Notes: generated by a model from the sequence alone, not told the origin. Positions 20,555-33,207 are shown, numbered from the stretch's first letter. The stretch: DNA of 64,000 nucleotides from an uncultured delta proteobacterium (GCA_963733195.1 CAVTCR010000007.1:37305-101304), one strand, 5' to 3'. Numbers and translations: made by a program.

Positions 20555-21730
20555 ATGCCGAGTAGTATGTTGCAAGTCAAAGTCATCAAAAGCATGGCCG
20601 AAGTCGACCGTACGGCTTGGGATATTCTAGTGGGTGATGGTTCCCCCTTCATTGAATGGGATTGGCTGGCGTGTATGGAGGAAGCTCGCTGCACTGGTCC
20701 GAGAACTGGTTGGCAATCCCAACACCTCACGGTCTATGATGGAAAACAGCTCGTTGCCGCGTGTCCGCTATACCTTAAAGGGAACAGCATGGGCGAATTT
20801 GTCTTCGACCACTCCTGGGCTGACGCGGCGCAACGGGCAGGGATCGAGTATTACCCAAAGATGCTGGTTGCCGCGCCGTTCACGCCGGCGACTGGCGTAC
20901 GTTTTCTGACGGCACCGGGAAGCGATCGTTCGGAACTGATTCGGCTCTTGGGGCAAACGCTCCAGGCTGTGTGTGAGCAAAACGATCTGTCCTCCGTTCA
21001 TGTCAACTTCTGTCTCGCCGACGAAAGTGAGATTCTTGCAGAACTGGGCTACCTCAAGCGTGTGGGATTACAATACCAATGGCTCAATCACGGCTATCAA
21101 ACCTTCGACGACTATCTTGCGCATTTCCGTGCGAAGCGACGTAACCAAATCAAACGGGAGATGCGCGAAGTCGATGAACAAGGGGTACGGATCGAGGCCC
21201 TCTATGGTGAAGAGATTCCTACTGCGATGTTTCCGCAAATGTTCGCGTTGTATAAAAACCACCTCGATAAGCTCTATTGGGGGCGGCAGTATTTGCAAGC
21301 GCAATTCTTCGATCTTTTAGGCCAACGGTTTAAGCGCAATTTATGTTTCGTCGTTGCCCACTATGAAGGCAAGATTATTGCCGGAACGTTTAACGTACAA
21401 AAGAACGGCGTGTTTTATGGCCGCTACTGGGGCGCGTTTCAGGAACTCCGCCATCTACACTTTAACGTCTGCTACTATGCCGCGATTGACCATTGTATTA
21501 AGCACGGGTTTGTCCGTTTCGAGCCTGGTGCCGGAGGCGATTTCAAGCGTCTCCGTGGATTCGATCCACAACCAACTGTGAGTATGCATTTCTTCGCCGA
21601 ACCTCGCTTGGCGAAGGCGGTCGCCCGCTTTCTCGACAGTGAGCGTGACCAAGTCCATCGGACGATTGACTATCTGCAAGAGGAAAGCGAATTGAAGCTG
21701 AACACTGACGACGAAAAAGGTGAGACGTAG
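20555..21730 (+). CDS. GNAT/FemAB-like N-acyltransferase (DUF482)
   Basis: GEFVFDHSWA, YYPKML, PFTPATG, YGRYWG, LHFNVCYY, FEPGAGG. Confidence 0.92.
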   Translation: MPSSMLQVKVIKSMAEVDRTAWDILVGDGSPFIEWDWLACMEEARCTGPRTGWQSQHLTVYDGKQLVAACPLYLKGNSMGEFVFDHSWADAAQRAGIEYYPKMLVAAPFTPATGVRFLTAPGSDRSELIRLLGQTLQAVCEQNDLSSVHVNFCLADESEILAELGYLKRVGLQYQWLNHGYQTFDDYLAHFRAKRRNQIKREMREVDEQGVRIEALYGEEIPTAMFPQMFALYKNHLDKLYWGRQYLQAQFFDLLGQRFKRNLCFVVAHYEGKIIAGTFNVQKNGVFYGRYWGAFQELRHLHFNVCYYAAIDHCIKHGFVRFEPGAGGDFKRLRGFDPQPTVSMHFFAEPRLAKAVARFLDSERDQVHRTIDYLQEESELKLNTDDEKGET

Positions 21731-21825
21731 TGCGTGAGACGTGATGCGTAATACGTAAGACTTTGGACTCTAGACCTTGGACCCTGGACATCAGACTTCG
21801 GACGCCGCACCTCGGACGCCGCACT
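21721..21825. repeat. Degenerate 7-mer tandem repeats
   Basis: tgagacg/tagtgcg/tgatgcg/taatacg then tggactc/tagacct/tggaccc units. Confidence 0.7.
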
Positions 21826-23180
21826 CATTGAGTTTATTCAGCGCTACCATGCTGGTGGTGGGCAACACCATTGGCGTCGGTATCTTCACAACTAGTGGTA
21901 TCGTTGCCGATGCGATCCCGAGTCCGGGGTGGTTATTGGCCGTCTGGGGTCTTGGGGGGCTTTTGTCGCTCGCTGGAGCGCTGGCGTGGGCCGAGCTTGG
22001 GGCAACATTTCCACACGCTGGTGGAGAGTACGTCTATCTGCGCGAGGCTTTTGGACCGTTCTGGGGCTTTCTGTGCGGCTGGGCGATATTTATTGCCAAC
22101 TTCTCTGGTTCTATTGCCGTATTGGCCATTGCCCTAGCCGGATCGCTGGCGCATGTGTTGTCGCTAGGCACGTCCGATACGGTGCTGTGGTCTGGTACTG
22201 TCGGAGGCCTGCCGTTCTCGCTGTCTCATAACCAATTGTTTGCACTCGTTCTTGTTTGGATCGTGTCATTGATTAATTACCGTGGACTCCACCTTGGCAG
22301 TCTGGCGCAGAATGTGCTCAGCGTCAGCAAACTCGCCGCGATCACTGGGTTGTTGGTGGCTGGATTCTGGTGGGGAACAGGCACGTGGACTCATTTTTCG
22401 CCCCTCTTTACCGGGACGGAGGTGTCTGGGCGCCTATCGGCTGTAGGAGTTGCACTTATTCCGGTCTTGTTCGCCTATACGGGATGGAACGCTGCTGCCT
22501 ACATCGCCAGTGAAGTTCATCATCCAGAGTGGAACTTACCACGTGCGTTGTTGTACGGGACGCTCGTTACCCTGAGTGTCTATCTCCTCCTGAATGTTCT
22601 GTATCTGTATGCTGTGCCAATCGCTGCGCTTAAAGGAGTGGTGCAGGTTGGTGAACTGACAGCGTCGGCGCTCTTTGGGGCAAAAGCGGCATGGGTCATT
22701 TCTCTGCTGATTGCGCTCTCAGTTGCCAGCGCATTTAACGTGATGATCCTCACCGGCGGATGGATATACTTTGCCATGGCGAGAGATGGCGTGTTCTTTC
22801 AGAGCGCAGCCCAATTGCATCCCCGCTTTCAGGTTCCAGGGCAGGCTCTGCTCCTGCAAGCAGCGTGGACGTCGGTGTTGATTTTGTCAGGAACGTTTGA
22901 ACAACTCCTGACCTATGCCACTGTCGTGCTTGTCGGGTTCTCTGCCCTGACCGTAGGGGCCTTGTTTGTTTTACGTTGGCGACGACCAGCTTTGCCACGT
23001 CCGTACCATGTGTGGGGGTATCCGTGGCTTCCAGCCTTTTACATTGCCGCCTCGGTTGGTATCGTGCTCAATGCGCTGTGGGAACGTCCACTTGAATGTG
23101 TTTTGGGACTTGTGCTCTGTGCTGTCGGCATACCAGTGTATTATTGGTGGCAGAAAAGCAGAACAATGCTGGGAACGTGA
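21777..23180 (+). CDS. APC family amino acid permease
   Basis: VGNTIGVGIF, AELGATFPHAGGEYVYLREAFG, FAYTGWN, RPYHVWGYPWLP; true start uncertain. Confidence 0.92.
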   Translation: MDPGHQTSDAAPRTPHSLSLFSATMLVVGNTIGVGIFTTSGIVADAIPSPGWLLAVWGLGGLLSLAGALAWAELGATFPHAGGEYVYLREAFGPFWGFLCGWAIFIANFSGSIAVLAIALAGSLAHVLSLGTSDTVLWSGTVGGLPFSLSHNQLFALVLVWIVSLINYRGLHLGSLAQNVLSVSKLAAITGLLVAGFWWGTGTWTHFSPLFTGTEVSGRLSAVGVALIPVLFAYTGWNAAAYIASEVHHPEWNLPRALLYGTLVTLSVYLLLNVLYLYAVPIAALKGVVQVGELTASALFGAKAAWVISLLIALSVASAFNVMILTGGWIYFAMARDGVFFQSAAQLHPRFQVPGQALLLQAAWTSVLILSGTFEQLLTYATVVLVGFSALTVGALFVLRWRRPALPRPYHVWGYPWLPAFYIAASVGIVLNALWERPLECVLGLVLCAVGIPVYYWWQKSRTMLGT

Positions 23181-23196
23181 CTGCCCAAATCGCATG

Positions 23197-25053
23197 TTAC
23201 TCTTCCAGTGCCATCACTTCCTGAGTCAGCCTGCCCGCTATCTCGGCAGTGGTACGTAACAAGTTTTGTAAGAGACCGACCTTCAATTGGACATGTGTTT
23301 TCTCCAGACACTCGAAGGCTTCTTTAGTCAAGGTGCAACACTCGACGGGCGTGTCGGCCCGTACATCTGCTGACCGGACTCCTCCATCTATTATGGCTAA
23401 CTCGCCGAACCCCATACCAGCTGAAAGGGTAGAGAGTCGCTTAGGTTGTCCGTTAGGTAAATGAATGAGTACACTGACTTCGCCGCTCATGAGAAAGTAC
23501 AGTTTATCTGCAGCTTCTCCTTTCCGAATGATCAGGTCGCCGGAGTTGAAGCGCTCTCGTTCTACCAAGCTTTCCAAATGTGTCACGTCGATTTTCTTAA
23601 GGCCCTTACAGAGCTGATGCTCTGAGAGACTTGCTAACCTCGGCGATTCGTGTTCCAGGCAATATTTCACAAATAGTTGGGTTTCACACCACTCGAGTGC
23701 AGGGTCCAATTCTGGGAATGTGACCACCCTCGCATCTTCATCACGACTCCTTGCCTCCTCCAAGAACCGCCGAAACCTTGGGTGGCTTTGTACGTGCGTG
23801 AAGAGGAGTTGCTTGCCGTGCGCAACGAGCGTGCGAACCAATTGAAGGAGAATCCGGCTGGCTGCAGGGTCGATGTGGATCACTCGCTTCAAGTCGATAA
23901 TCGCAACTATCAATGCCTCGCTTGCCTTGATAATTTCCCGGACGATTACTTCTATTGCTGAGAATTTGAGATCTCCCTGCAGTTCATACACTTTGACCCG
24001 ATGACCCTGGGTATCGAGGAATTGTCCCTCGTTAGCCGTCCGACGTCGTTTGGATCTGATGGTGGAGAGGCTATAGCGTGAACGGATGACAGAAGCTGAA
24101 GACCGAGGCGGGTGGAGAAAGTGGAGATTGAGATCGTGCGACAACTCTTCGCACACTTTGACCCCGCGAACGCTGTTGCCGCGTGCATCCAAAGGGGGCG
24201 AGAATACACCGATTCCTAGCTGTCCAGGCAGAACAGCGAGGATGCCACCAGCCACACCGCTCTTAGCTGGCATGCCGACACGGTACACCCACTCTCCTGC
24301 GTAGTTATACATACCACAGGTTGCCATCACACTGAGGATATTCTCTACTAACTCAGAGCGGACCACTCGTTCTCCGGTTACCGGATTCACCCCTCCATTG
24401 GCTAAGCTGGCCGCTATCACGCTCAGATCGCGACAGGTAACACCTATTGAACACTGTTGAAAGTAGATATCGAGAGCGGGCTCTGGGTCCTCGGTCAAAA
24501 TGGCGAAGTTACGCAGCATGTGTCCGATTGCTCGATTACGGTGGCCAGTGGCTCTTTCCGATTCGTAGACAACTTGGTCGATTGTTAGTTGTCGGCCTGC
24601 GTACAGTGAAATCACACTGAGAATACGTTTCAGCTTATCCTCGTATGAGTGCCCCGCGATCAAGGAGGTCGCGGCAATTGCGCCGGCATTGATCATAGGA
24701 TTGAGCGGACATCCAGTCTCTGGAGCCAAACTGATCGAGTTGAACGCATCGCCCGTTGGCTCGACACCGATCGCTTTGAGCACTATCTCTCGTCCACGGT
24801 CTTCGAGGGCAAGGCCGTACACGAAGGGTTTCGAGATCGACTGGATAGTGAAAGGCTGGCGTGTGTCTCCTACCTCGTACACCTGGCCGTCAGTAGTCGC
24901 AATGCAGATGCCGAACCAGTCAGGGTTCGCAGTAGCGAGTTCAGGGATGTAACTGGCGACCTCCCCTGCCTGCAGCTGTGCATACTTACTGTGCAAATTC
25001 TCTAGATAGTCGTTGATAGGAGAAATAAGCCCGTTCCCTCTAGTGTTACCCAT
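23197..25053 (-). CDS. glsA: Glutaminase A with C-terminal STAS and cyclic-nucleotide-binding domains
   Basis: FTIQSISKPF, GVEPTGDAFN, NPMINAGAI, PAKSGVAGG, GNSVRG; then IDLKRV (STAS-like) and FGELAIIDGGVRSADV (cNMP). Confidence 0.93.
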   Translation of the reverse strand: MGNTRGNGLISPINDYLENLHSKYAQLQAGEVASYIPELATANPDWFGICIATTDGQVYEVGDTRQPFTIQSISKPFVYGLALEDRGREIVLKAIGVEPTGDAFNSISLAPETGCPLNPMINAGAIAATSLIAGHSYEDKLKRILSVISLYAGRQLTIDQVVYESERATGHRNRAIGHMLRNFAILTEDPEPALDIYFQQCSIGVTCRDLSVIAASLANGGVNPVTGERVVRSELVENILSVMATCGMYNYAGEWVYRVGMPAKSGVAGGILAVLPGQLGIGVFSPPLDARGNSVRGVKVCEELSHDLNLHFLHPPRSSASVIRSRYSLSTIRSKRRRTANEGQFLDTQGHRVKVYELQGDLKFSAIEVIVREIIKASEALIVAIIDLKRVIHIDPAASRILLQLVRTLVAHGKQLLFTHVQSHPRFRRFLEEARSRDEDARVVTFPELDPALEWCETQLFVKYCLEHESPRLASLSEHQLCKGLKKIDVTHLESLVERERFNSGDLIIRKGEAADKLYFLMSGEVSVLIHLPNGQPKRLSTLSAGMGFGELAIIDGGVRSADVRADTPVECCTLTKEAFECLEKTHVQLKVGLLQNLLRTTAEIAGRLTQEVMALEE

Positions 25054-25919
25054 GAAACCATTCCTTACTGGCAGAATACCTTCTAGTTGTTTCCTTACGG
25101 AAAGTAATGATGGACTGTGAGTAAAGCCCCTTTTGAAGGAGCAAAAGACTTGCCAATACCTAAGGGAGGGGTCGTCGTGGAAGAGTCGCCAGGCAACGAT
25201 TGCTTTGTCCCTCACTGTCATTGCGAGTTGTCCATAGCGCGGGTGCTAAGAGTGGAAGTAGAAATGCGGGGTGATTCTGGTGCCGTCATTCCCGCGCAGC
25301 TTATCCCAAGCCCTACTGGGACCTGTCCCAGGTTCTACCGGGAGCGAGAGTCCCTTAGGGAACTTCCGTAGTCACGGCTTGTGCTGTCGCTTACTAAAAC
25401 GGCAGATCTCTGTTTTAGTGCCGTTTTTTTGAGCAGCGACGACGAGCCCGTTGTTTGCCATGGCCCTCGAGTCTTTTCTTTTCCATAACTTCTGTACTTG
25501 CGCGGCTGGAATGCTCTGTGGCTCAGTCTTTGCGAAGAAATAACCAGTTTGCTTCCTAACGGATCAATAGAACAAAGTTGCAGACTGTAGCAAAGAACAA
25601 AGATGCGATTGTGCTTATACGGATATCTATACGTCGACGTAGGAGTCTGTCGCGGGCTGTGATGATACAGTAGCGCCACATAACGGTATCCTGCTTTATG
25701 AAGTCACTTTTCTTTTTTCCCCACCTCACATACATTAGTGATGCATCTGAAGTACCTTCTACCTCCAGTACACCTAAACTGAGAACCTAAGATACCCAAG
25801 AAATGAACAAGCTAAGCCTCGCCTTGTATTCAAGCCTGTCACCCGCAGGAGTCGTCAACAGCAAAAGCCAGTCAAGACTACTTTCTACTCTGGCTTTCTA
25901 TCGCGAGTAGAGGTAGGAA

Positions 25920-28900
25920 GTGAAAAGAGGGGTGGTTCCTCTTTTCTTCTGTCTTTGGGCAGCTCTTTTGACGATATGGCCATCCCCTTTTATTTCTTTC
26001 GCTCAAACACAGAGCGACTGGGTTGCAAAGGCGGTTTCAGTACAAGGGACCGTCGAAGTCCAACTGGTGGGGAGCACTCAATGGCAACCGGTAAAGTTAA
26101 ATGACACCTTTCGCCCCGGTGACACGATTCGGGTGCTTGAGAGAAGCCGGGCTGACATCGCCATGCTCGACCAATCCGTGCTGCGCTTGAATGCGAACAC
26201 CAGCATCACTATACAAGGCGTCAAGGACGGAGGAACCGGGCTGCTCAATCTGCTCAAGGGGGCGGCTCATTTCCTCAGCCGTGGTCCCCGTAGCCTGGAA
26301 GTGCAGACTCCCTTCACTGTTGCGGGCGTCAGGGGCACTGAGTTTCTCGTTAGTGTTGAAGTAGACAAGACTTACGTGACGGTATTTGAAGGAACCGTAG
26401 TAGCAGAGAACCAAGCGGGGAGCCTCACTCTCACTGATGGCCAATCTGCGGTTGCTGAGGCAGGAAAAGCTCCTACGTTGCGGATTGTGGCGCGTCCCCG
26501 TGATGCCGTGCACTGGACATTGTACTATCCACCGGTGATCTATCTTCGTCCCGATGAACTTCCACCTGGACCAGACTGGCAAGCGGTGCGACAATCTACC
26601 GAGTTTTATCTAAAAGGAGACCTCCAGCGGGCATTTCAGAGTATTGCCACTGTTCCCGGAACCCTTAGTGACTCACGCCTCTTTGCCTATCGCGCCTCTC
26701 TGCTGCTTGCTGTGGGTCGTGTTGATGAAGCAGCTGCAGATATCCAGCGAGCGCTGAGTCTCCACCCGCAGGACAGCAACGCTCTCGCATTGCAAACGAT
26801 TATCGCTGTAGTGCAGAACGAGAATGAGAAAGCGCTCGCTCGTCGCGCAACAAGCTGTCGGTGCGGCCCCTAACTCCGCCGCCGCGTTGATCGCTCTCTC
26901 CTACGCCCAGCAATCCAGATTTGACCTGGAAGGCGCACGAGCGAGTCTGACAAAGGCAGTCGAACTCGAACCGCGTAATGCGCTAGCGTGGGCGCGGTTG
27001 GCAGAACTTCATTCATCCTTCGGGATGTTGGATCGCGCGCTCTCTGCAGCACAGGAAGCTGTGACGCTAGAGCCCAATCTCTCACGTACTCAGACAGTGC
27101 TGGGTTTTGCTTACTTGACCCGAGTCCAGACGACACCGGCCAAGGAGGCCTTTGAGAAAGCGATTGCGTTTGATCAAGCTGATCCTCTCCCAAGGCTCGG
27201 TCTGGGTCTAGCAAAGATCCGCGAGGGCGCTCTGCATGAGGGGGGCCGGGACATCGAAATTGCCGCAAGTCTGGACCCCAACAATTCACTTGTCCGCAGC
27301 TATTTGGGCAAAACCTATTATGAAGAGAAACGCACGGGGTTGGACGAGCGTGAGTACGTCACTGCTCAGGGACTGGACCCGCAAGACCCCACTCCGTTCT
27401 TCTATGGTGCCATCCAGAAACAGACGACGAATCGACCGGTGGAGGCATTGCAGGATCTGCAAAAGGCCATTGAGCTGAACGATAACCGGGCGGTCTACCG
27501 GTCACGTTTGTTGCTCGATTCGGACCTTGCGGCCCGCAGTGCCAGCCTTGCGCGCGTGTACACTGATCTCGGTTTTCAAGAACTTGCTCTGGTGGAAGGA
27601 TGGAAGTCGGTGAACACCGATCCGAGCAATTTTTCTGCCCACCGGTTTCTCGCCGATTCATACTCTGTCTTGCCGCGCCACGAGATCGCCAGAGTGAGTG
27701 AACTGCTGCAGTCACAATTACTGCAGCCGCTCAACATGACGCCCATTCAGCCCCGCCTCGCTGAAAGTAACCTGTTCCTCATCAGCGCCGGAGGTCCTGG
27801 AGCGCTCTCGTTCAATGAGTTCAATCCCATTTTCAACCGGAATGGGATCACTCTGCAGACGAGTGGCCTTATCGGTGAAAATGACACATATGCTGGAGAA
27901 GGCGTTATTTCAGGCATCTACAAGAATGACAGCCTTCAGCCTTGGTGGGTTCCATCTTACGACAGACGGGTTTCGCAGAAACGCTGACCAAAAAGATGAT
28001 ATCGCCAACGCTTTTTTACAATACGAACTCTCTCCCAAAACGAGTGTTCAGGCTGAGTATCGGTACAGAGATAATCGAACGAGGCGATCTTCAAGCCAAC
28101 GATTCTTCCCGGAAGATTTCTTCCCTGGCTAGAGATAACACGGAAGAGAGGCAACCTACCGCCTTGGTGGACGGCACGCTTTTTCGCCGGGTTCTATTCT
28201 CCTCGGCTCGTTTATATATCAGGATGCAGATTTTAAGACGAGCGATGAACAGCCTCCTGACCCGGGTCTTATCTCGCCCATTGATTACAAAGACCGATCA
28301 ACGTGCGTTTGGCGGCGAGACTCCAACACCTGTTCCGTTCGCCGATACTTCAACCTTACGAGCGGCGTGGGATACTTCAACATTGATGGAGCATTAAGAC
28401 ATTGACCTTGGAGTTGAACTTGCCATCTTCCGCCGGTCCTGACGTCCATTAGCAGACACCATCAACACAGATCTCCACCACGTCAATGTGTACACATATG
28501 CCTACATTAATCTCGCTCATAAAGAATGTGACCGTTTACGCTTGGCGTCAGTGGCGATTTCTATGAGGGCCGATAGTCCGGCTGTCGGAGAAGACAGACC
28601 AGTTCAATCCGAAATTCGGGATTACCTGGGAACCCATTCCGGGTACCACACTGCGCGCTGCTGCCTTCAGGGTGTTGAAGAGAACGCTGATCACGGACCA
28701 GACCCTGGAGCCGACCCAGGTGGCCGGCTTTAATCAATTCTTTGATGAGGCGAATCAAACAGAGGCATGGCGCTATGGGGGAGCTATCGATCAGAAATTT
28801 ACGAAAAGACCTCTTCGGAGGCGTGGAGTTTTCCAAGAGGGATCTGAAAACTCCCTTTTTGGTTGTTTCCGAGGATCCTACGAACCCTGTACTCGGAAAG

Positions 28901-29350
28901 CAGACTGGGACGAGTATCTGGCTCGTGCCTATCTTTTCTGGACACCTCATCCGTGGCTGGCCCTGAGAGGGGAATATCTATTTGAGCGATTTAAACGGGA
29001 TGAAAGATTCACTGAGGAGTAAGGGAGCTGGATACGCTTCGTGTTCCTTTGGGGATCAACTTTTTCCACCCTTCCGGATTAAGCACCTCCTTGACGGCAA
29101 CGTACTGGAATCAAGACGGCGAGGTTGAGGCAGTTGCAGTGGAACCCACCCGCTTCGGTCTGGCAGCGATGACTTCTGGACTCGTCGATACGGCACTCAA
29201 TTACCGTTTGCCGAAGCGGTATGGGTTCATCACGGTTGGAGCGACGAATCTTTTTGACAAGAAGTTCAAGTTTTTTAATACAGACTTTGACAACCCATTC
29301 ATACAACCGGACAGGATGTTCTTTGCTCGAGTTACCCTGGCGCTTCCATT
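25920..29350 (+). CDS. FecR domain + TPR + TonB-receptor-like beta-barrel outer-membrane protein (NsrA-like), multiple frameshifts
   Basis: Signal peptide, FecR motif (GDTIRV...VQTPFTVAGVRGTEF), TPRs, LNDNRAVYRSRLLLDSDLAARSASL, LEPTQVAGFNQFFD, barrel-type C-terminus. Confidence 0.82.
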
Positions 29351-29487
29351 GGTGAGGATTTCGAATGATGAAGAGGCACTGGAGAAGGAGATCGACGATG
29401 ATAACAAGATAACAAGCAAAATCCTCACGCCGTGGGCGTAAATCGCTTTCAATAACGTGCAAAACAACAAAACAAAAGGAGAATGTC

Positions 29488-30101
29488 ATGTTTAAGAGAG
29501 TCCTGATGCTTGGCCTGCTGGGCGTTAGTCTGGTCGCGCTCTTGGGAACTGGGGCCGAGGCGCATTACCAAGGGTATATCGCGGGCATACACGTCAGCAG
29601 CATTGTCTGTACTGTCAGCCTTAAGCAGGTGCCATCCCTGGACGCACATCCCGCGATAACTGAGTGTACCGTGACGACGGGATCGATAGAGACATTGTGC
29701 AAAACCCAGCTGGTAATGAGGTGGCAGGAGAATCAGCGACGCCGGTAACTACTCTCGTGGCTCAAGCGCCAGTAGAACAAACTGTCAATGAAAAGAAAAA
29801 GGGAAAGGCCCACGTTGCGGTACACATTGACGACGCCCCTCTTCTGGACCCGCAATTCTGTGTAAATCCAAACTGGATCCCAGTTGCTGTTCTGATCCGG
29901 TCGCTGACAGCAGAGATCAATACATATGCGTGCGTCGGACCGGATACGGATCCGTGTTCAGTCCGTGGTGATCTGGCTAGCACCGTAGTTAAACAATGCG
30001 AACTTCCGGCTCAGTACAATTTCAACAACTATCCTAATAACCTTCCCCCCATTGGAACCCCTTATGATTGCCCTATCCAAACATTTGTGCATGTGGATTG
30101 A
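29488..30101 (+). CDS. Secreted Cys-rich hypothetical protein (one frameshift near 29700)
   Basis: AAAGGAG RBS, signal peptide ending AEA, about 8 cysteines over two overlapping ORFs. Confidence 0.7.
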
Positions 30102-30556
30102 TATGTAATCGCAGGGCGGCCGGCCGCATGTTACGTCCAAACCAGACGATTCTCCGGGACGGAACAATGCTAACTGCGATAAGGGAAAATCGGAGTCAGA
30201 CTGGTATTTTCTTGCGTCATCATTTGTGCGGGGGATGCCTTCCCCGCCCCGTGATGTTACGCTGTCTTCTGCCCCTCAGCACAGCGGACCGCCTGCCTGA
30301 TCGTGCTGAAGTGGACGCCGAATACGTCGCGGTCACTTTCAGCATGTAGAAGCTGGATACATATGAGATCGCTGAAATCCCTTTTCTCTATCACTCCAGC
30401 GTCCTTGACACTTCTCACCATTCTCACGGAGCTGTAGGGCGGTCGAGGCTCGCCCTATCAAATTTCATCATGCGTGGCCTAACTGCTTGAACCCGTTTGC
30501 GAGATACAGTACTAGGGGCAAGGTGCGGATGTGAGGGCCGTTAGGAGTCTGCGTGG

Positions 30557-32873
30557 ATGAGAGTTTTGCTGAAGATCCCTTTTCTCCATCAATCCAGTAT
30601 CTCTGACACTTATCACCATTCTCGCGGTTGTCATTCTCTTTCGATCCCACGTCCCCATTTTCGATCTGATCGAATTAAAAACCTATGACCTCCGTTTCCT
30701 CTCGCGAGGTCAGGTGCAGCCTTCACCCGCCGTTGTCCTCGCGCTGATCGATGAAAAAAGCCTCGATATTGAAGGCCGCTGGCCCTGGCCTCGCTCCAAG
30801 CTCGCAGCTTTGGTGGACAACCTATCGCAAGATGGGGCCAAGGTGATCGGGTTTGATGTCGGCTTCCTGGAGCCGGATGAGAATTCTCAGTTGGGACTTC
30901 TCAATCAATTGAGTCAAAAGATCGACACGTTGGCGATTAAAAACTCACAGTTAGCCTCCTTCATACAGGAGAGTAAACGCACTGCCGATAACGATTTGGC
31001 TTTGGCCAATGCCATAAAAAATTCGTCTGCTGCGGTCGTGCTTGGGTATTTCTTTCACCAGAGCAAAAACGACCTCGGTTACCAGATCGAACAGACAGGA
31101 ATAGACCAACGATTTGAGCGCCTGAGCGCGTCTAAATATCCTTTTGTTACCTACACCGAGCAGGGCCTGAAGAAGGTCTCAGATCACAACGAAGCCTATG
31201 CCCCAGAGAGCAATATCGCCATGTTCACTGAAGCTGCCGCATCATCGGGCTATTTCAGTCTGCGCACAGACCCGGACGGTGTCATGCGGTGGATGCCGCT
31301 TATGCTTCAAGGGGGCGAAGATCTCTTTCCTCCTCTCGCGGTCTTATGTGCCTGGCACTACCTCGGTAAGCCGCCACTGACAGTGCACATTGATTCCCAT
31401 GGGGCACAGGGAGTGCAGATGGGGGATCGGTTCATCCCCACCGATGAGACCGGACGATTACTCATTAATTACCTCGGCCCGGCGAAAACCTTCCCCTATT
31501 TTTCCATTAGCGATGTGCTGAGCGGCAAACTGGCGAAAGGGACATTTACTGATAAAATCGTGCTGGTTGGGTCCGTCGCCATCGGGGCCCACGATCTCAG
31601 GAATACTCCTTTCACCATAGGAGTCAACGATGTGAGGAATACCTCTTCCTACATCCGCCTGATAGCCCTCTGTATCCTGGTGTGGAGATTCATGCCACGG
31701 TCATCGACAATATATTGACGCAAAATTTTATAACGAGCCCTGGATGGTCGAAAGTCTATGGTCTCTTTGCCATCATCATCCTGGGGGGTCTGATCGGCAG
31801 TGTCCTCCCGCGCATAGGTCCGCTCAAAGGTCTGATGTTCGCCACAGGACTGGGTGTTTTGCACGTCTTCATTGCCCGTTGGCTCTTTGTCAGTGCTGGC
31901 GTGTGGCTCGATATCGTCTATCCGCTGTTGGCGCTGTCAGTGAGTTACACCGTTCTCAGCGTGTATGATTATGTTACCGAAGAGCGAGAACGCAAAAAAA
32001 TCAAAGATGCGTTCACGCATTATGTTGCTCCAGTGGTGATTGAAGAAATGCTCAAAGATCCAGGGCGGTTGAAGCTCGGAGGTGAGGAAAAGGTCCTGAC
32101 GGTTCTCTTTAGTGACTTGCAAGGATTTACCTCGACGTCGGAGCGGTATGCCCCGCACGAGATGATCGAGATTCTGAACGAATACTACACTCGTATGACA
32201 GAACAGATCTTCTTGTATCAAGGCATGCTCAAGGAGTATGTGGGCGACGAGCTGATGGCCATTTTTGGGGCTCCGATTGAGCAACTCGACCATGCGGAAC
32301 GAGCGTGTGCCGCAGCGCTAGCCATGCAAGAACAGCGAAAAGCGTTGAGTGAAGAGTGGGCGAAGGTCGGGCGTCCGCCCCTGATTGCCCGGACCGGGAT
32401 TAACTCGGGTCTGATGCTGGTAGGAAACCTGGGCTCCAAATATCGCTTTGCCTATGGTGCCCTGGGAGACCACGTCAACCTCGGCTTCCCGACTAGAGGG
32501 GCTCAATAAGACGTATAAAACGCAAATTCTCATCGGAGAGAATACTGCCCAGATGGTTGAGAAGTCCTTTTTCCTACGAGAGATCGACACGGTGCAGGTG
32601 GTAGGGAGGGAACAGGCTGTGCGTATCTATGAACTGCTGGCCAGAGCCGGGACGTCACTTCCTCTGGAGCAAGAAAAGGCGTTCAGTTTCTATGCGGCTG
32701 GACTGGAAGCGTACCGCGAACGACGCTGGCGCGAAGCTCTAGAAATTTTCAAAGAATCCCTGACGCTCTGGTCGGGGGACGGTCCTTCCCGGACAATGGC
32801 GGACCGTTGCCAGATTTACCAAAAAACACCGCCACCAGAAGAGTGGAACGGTGTTTTCGAGGCTCACTCATAA
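30557..32873 (+). CDS. CHASE2-domain class III adenylate/guanylate cyclase, frameshifted
   Basis: IDEKSL..GRWPWPRS, DPDGVMR, LLINYLGP, GVEIHATVIDNIL, TM helices, VLFSDLQGFT, YVGDELMAIFGAP, RTGINSG, GDHVNL. Confidence 0.9.
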
Positions 32874-33114
32874 ATAGAGAAAATCTCTTGGGGCATTGGT
32901 CCGCGTCAGATAGACCAGTTCAATGAGGCTGCATGGCCCCGAGCGTCAGCAACGCTTTGCTCTTGTCTACACCGGCTAGATTTCAGGCTCCCTGGGGGAT
33001 GGCGCACGGCGCAATCGCTCCGCGAGGAGTCGGATGAGGGGTAGTGTAACAGCGAAGCGTTGACAGTACTGCACCCGCAGCGTAGCATACAAACAAAACC
33101 GGCCTGCGGGCCGT

Positions 33115-33207
33115 TAGGGGAGCCGCAATTACGGCTGAGAGGATGGGTTCAATAGGTGAACTCATCGACCCTTGGAACCTGATCTGGGTAATGCCAGCGA
33201 AGGGAAC
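33115..33207 (+). ncRNA. TPP riboswitch (THI element)
   Basis: AGGGGAGCC...GGCTGAGAG...GACCCTTGGAACCTGATCTGGGTAATGCCAGCGAAGGGAA directly upstream of thiC. Confidence 0.96.
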
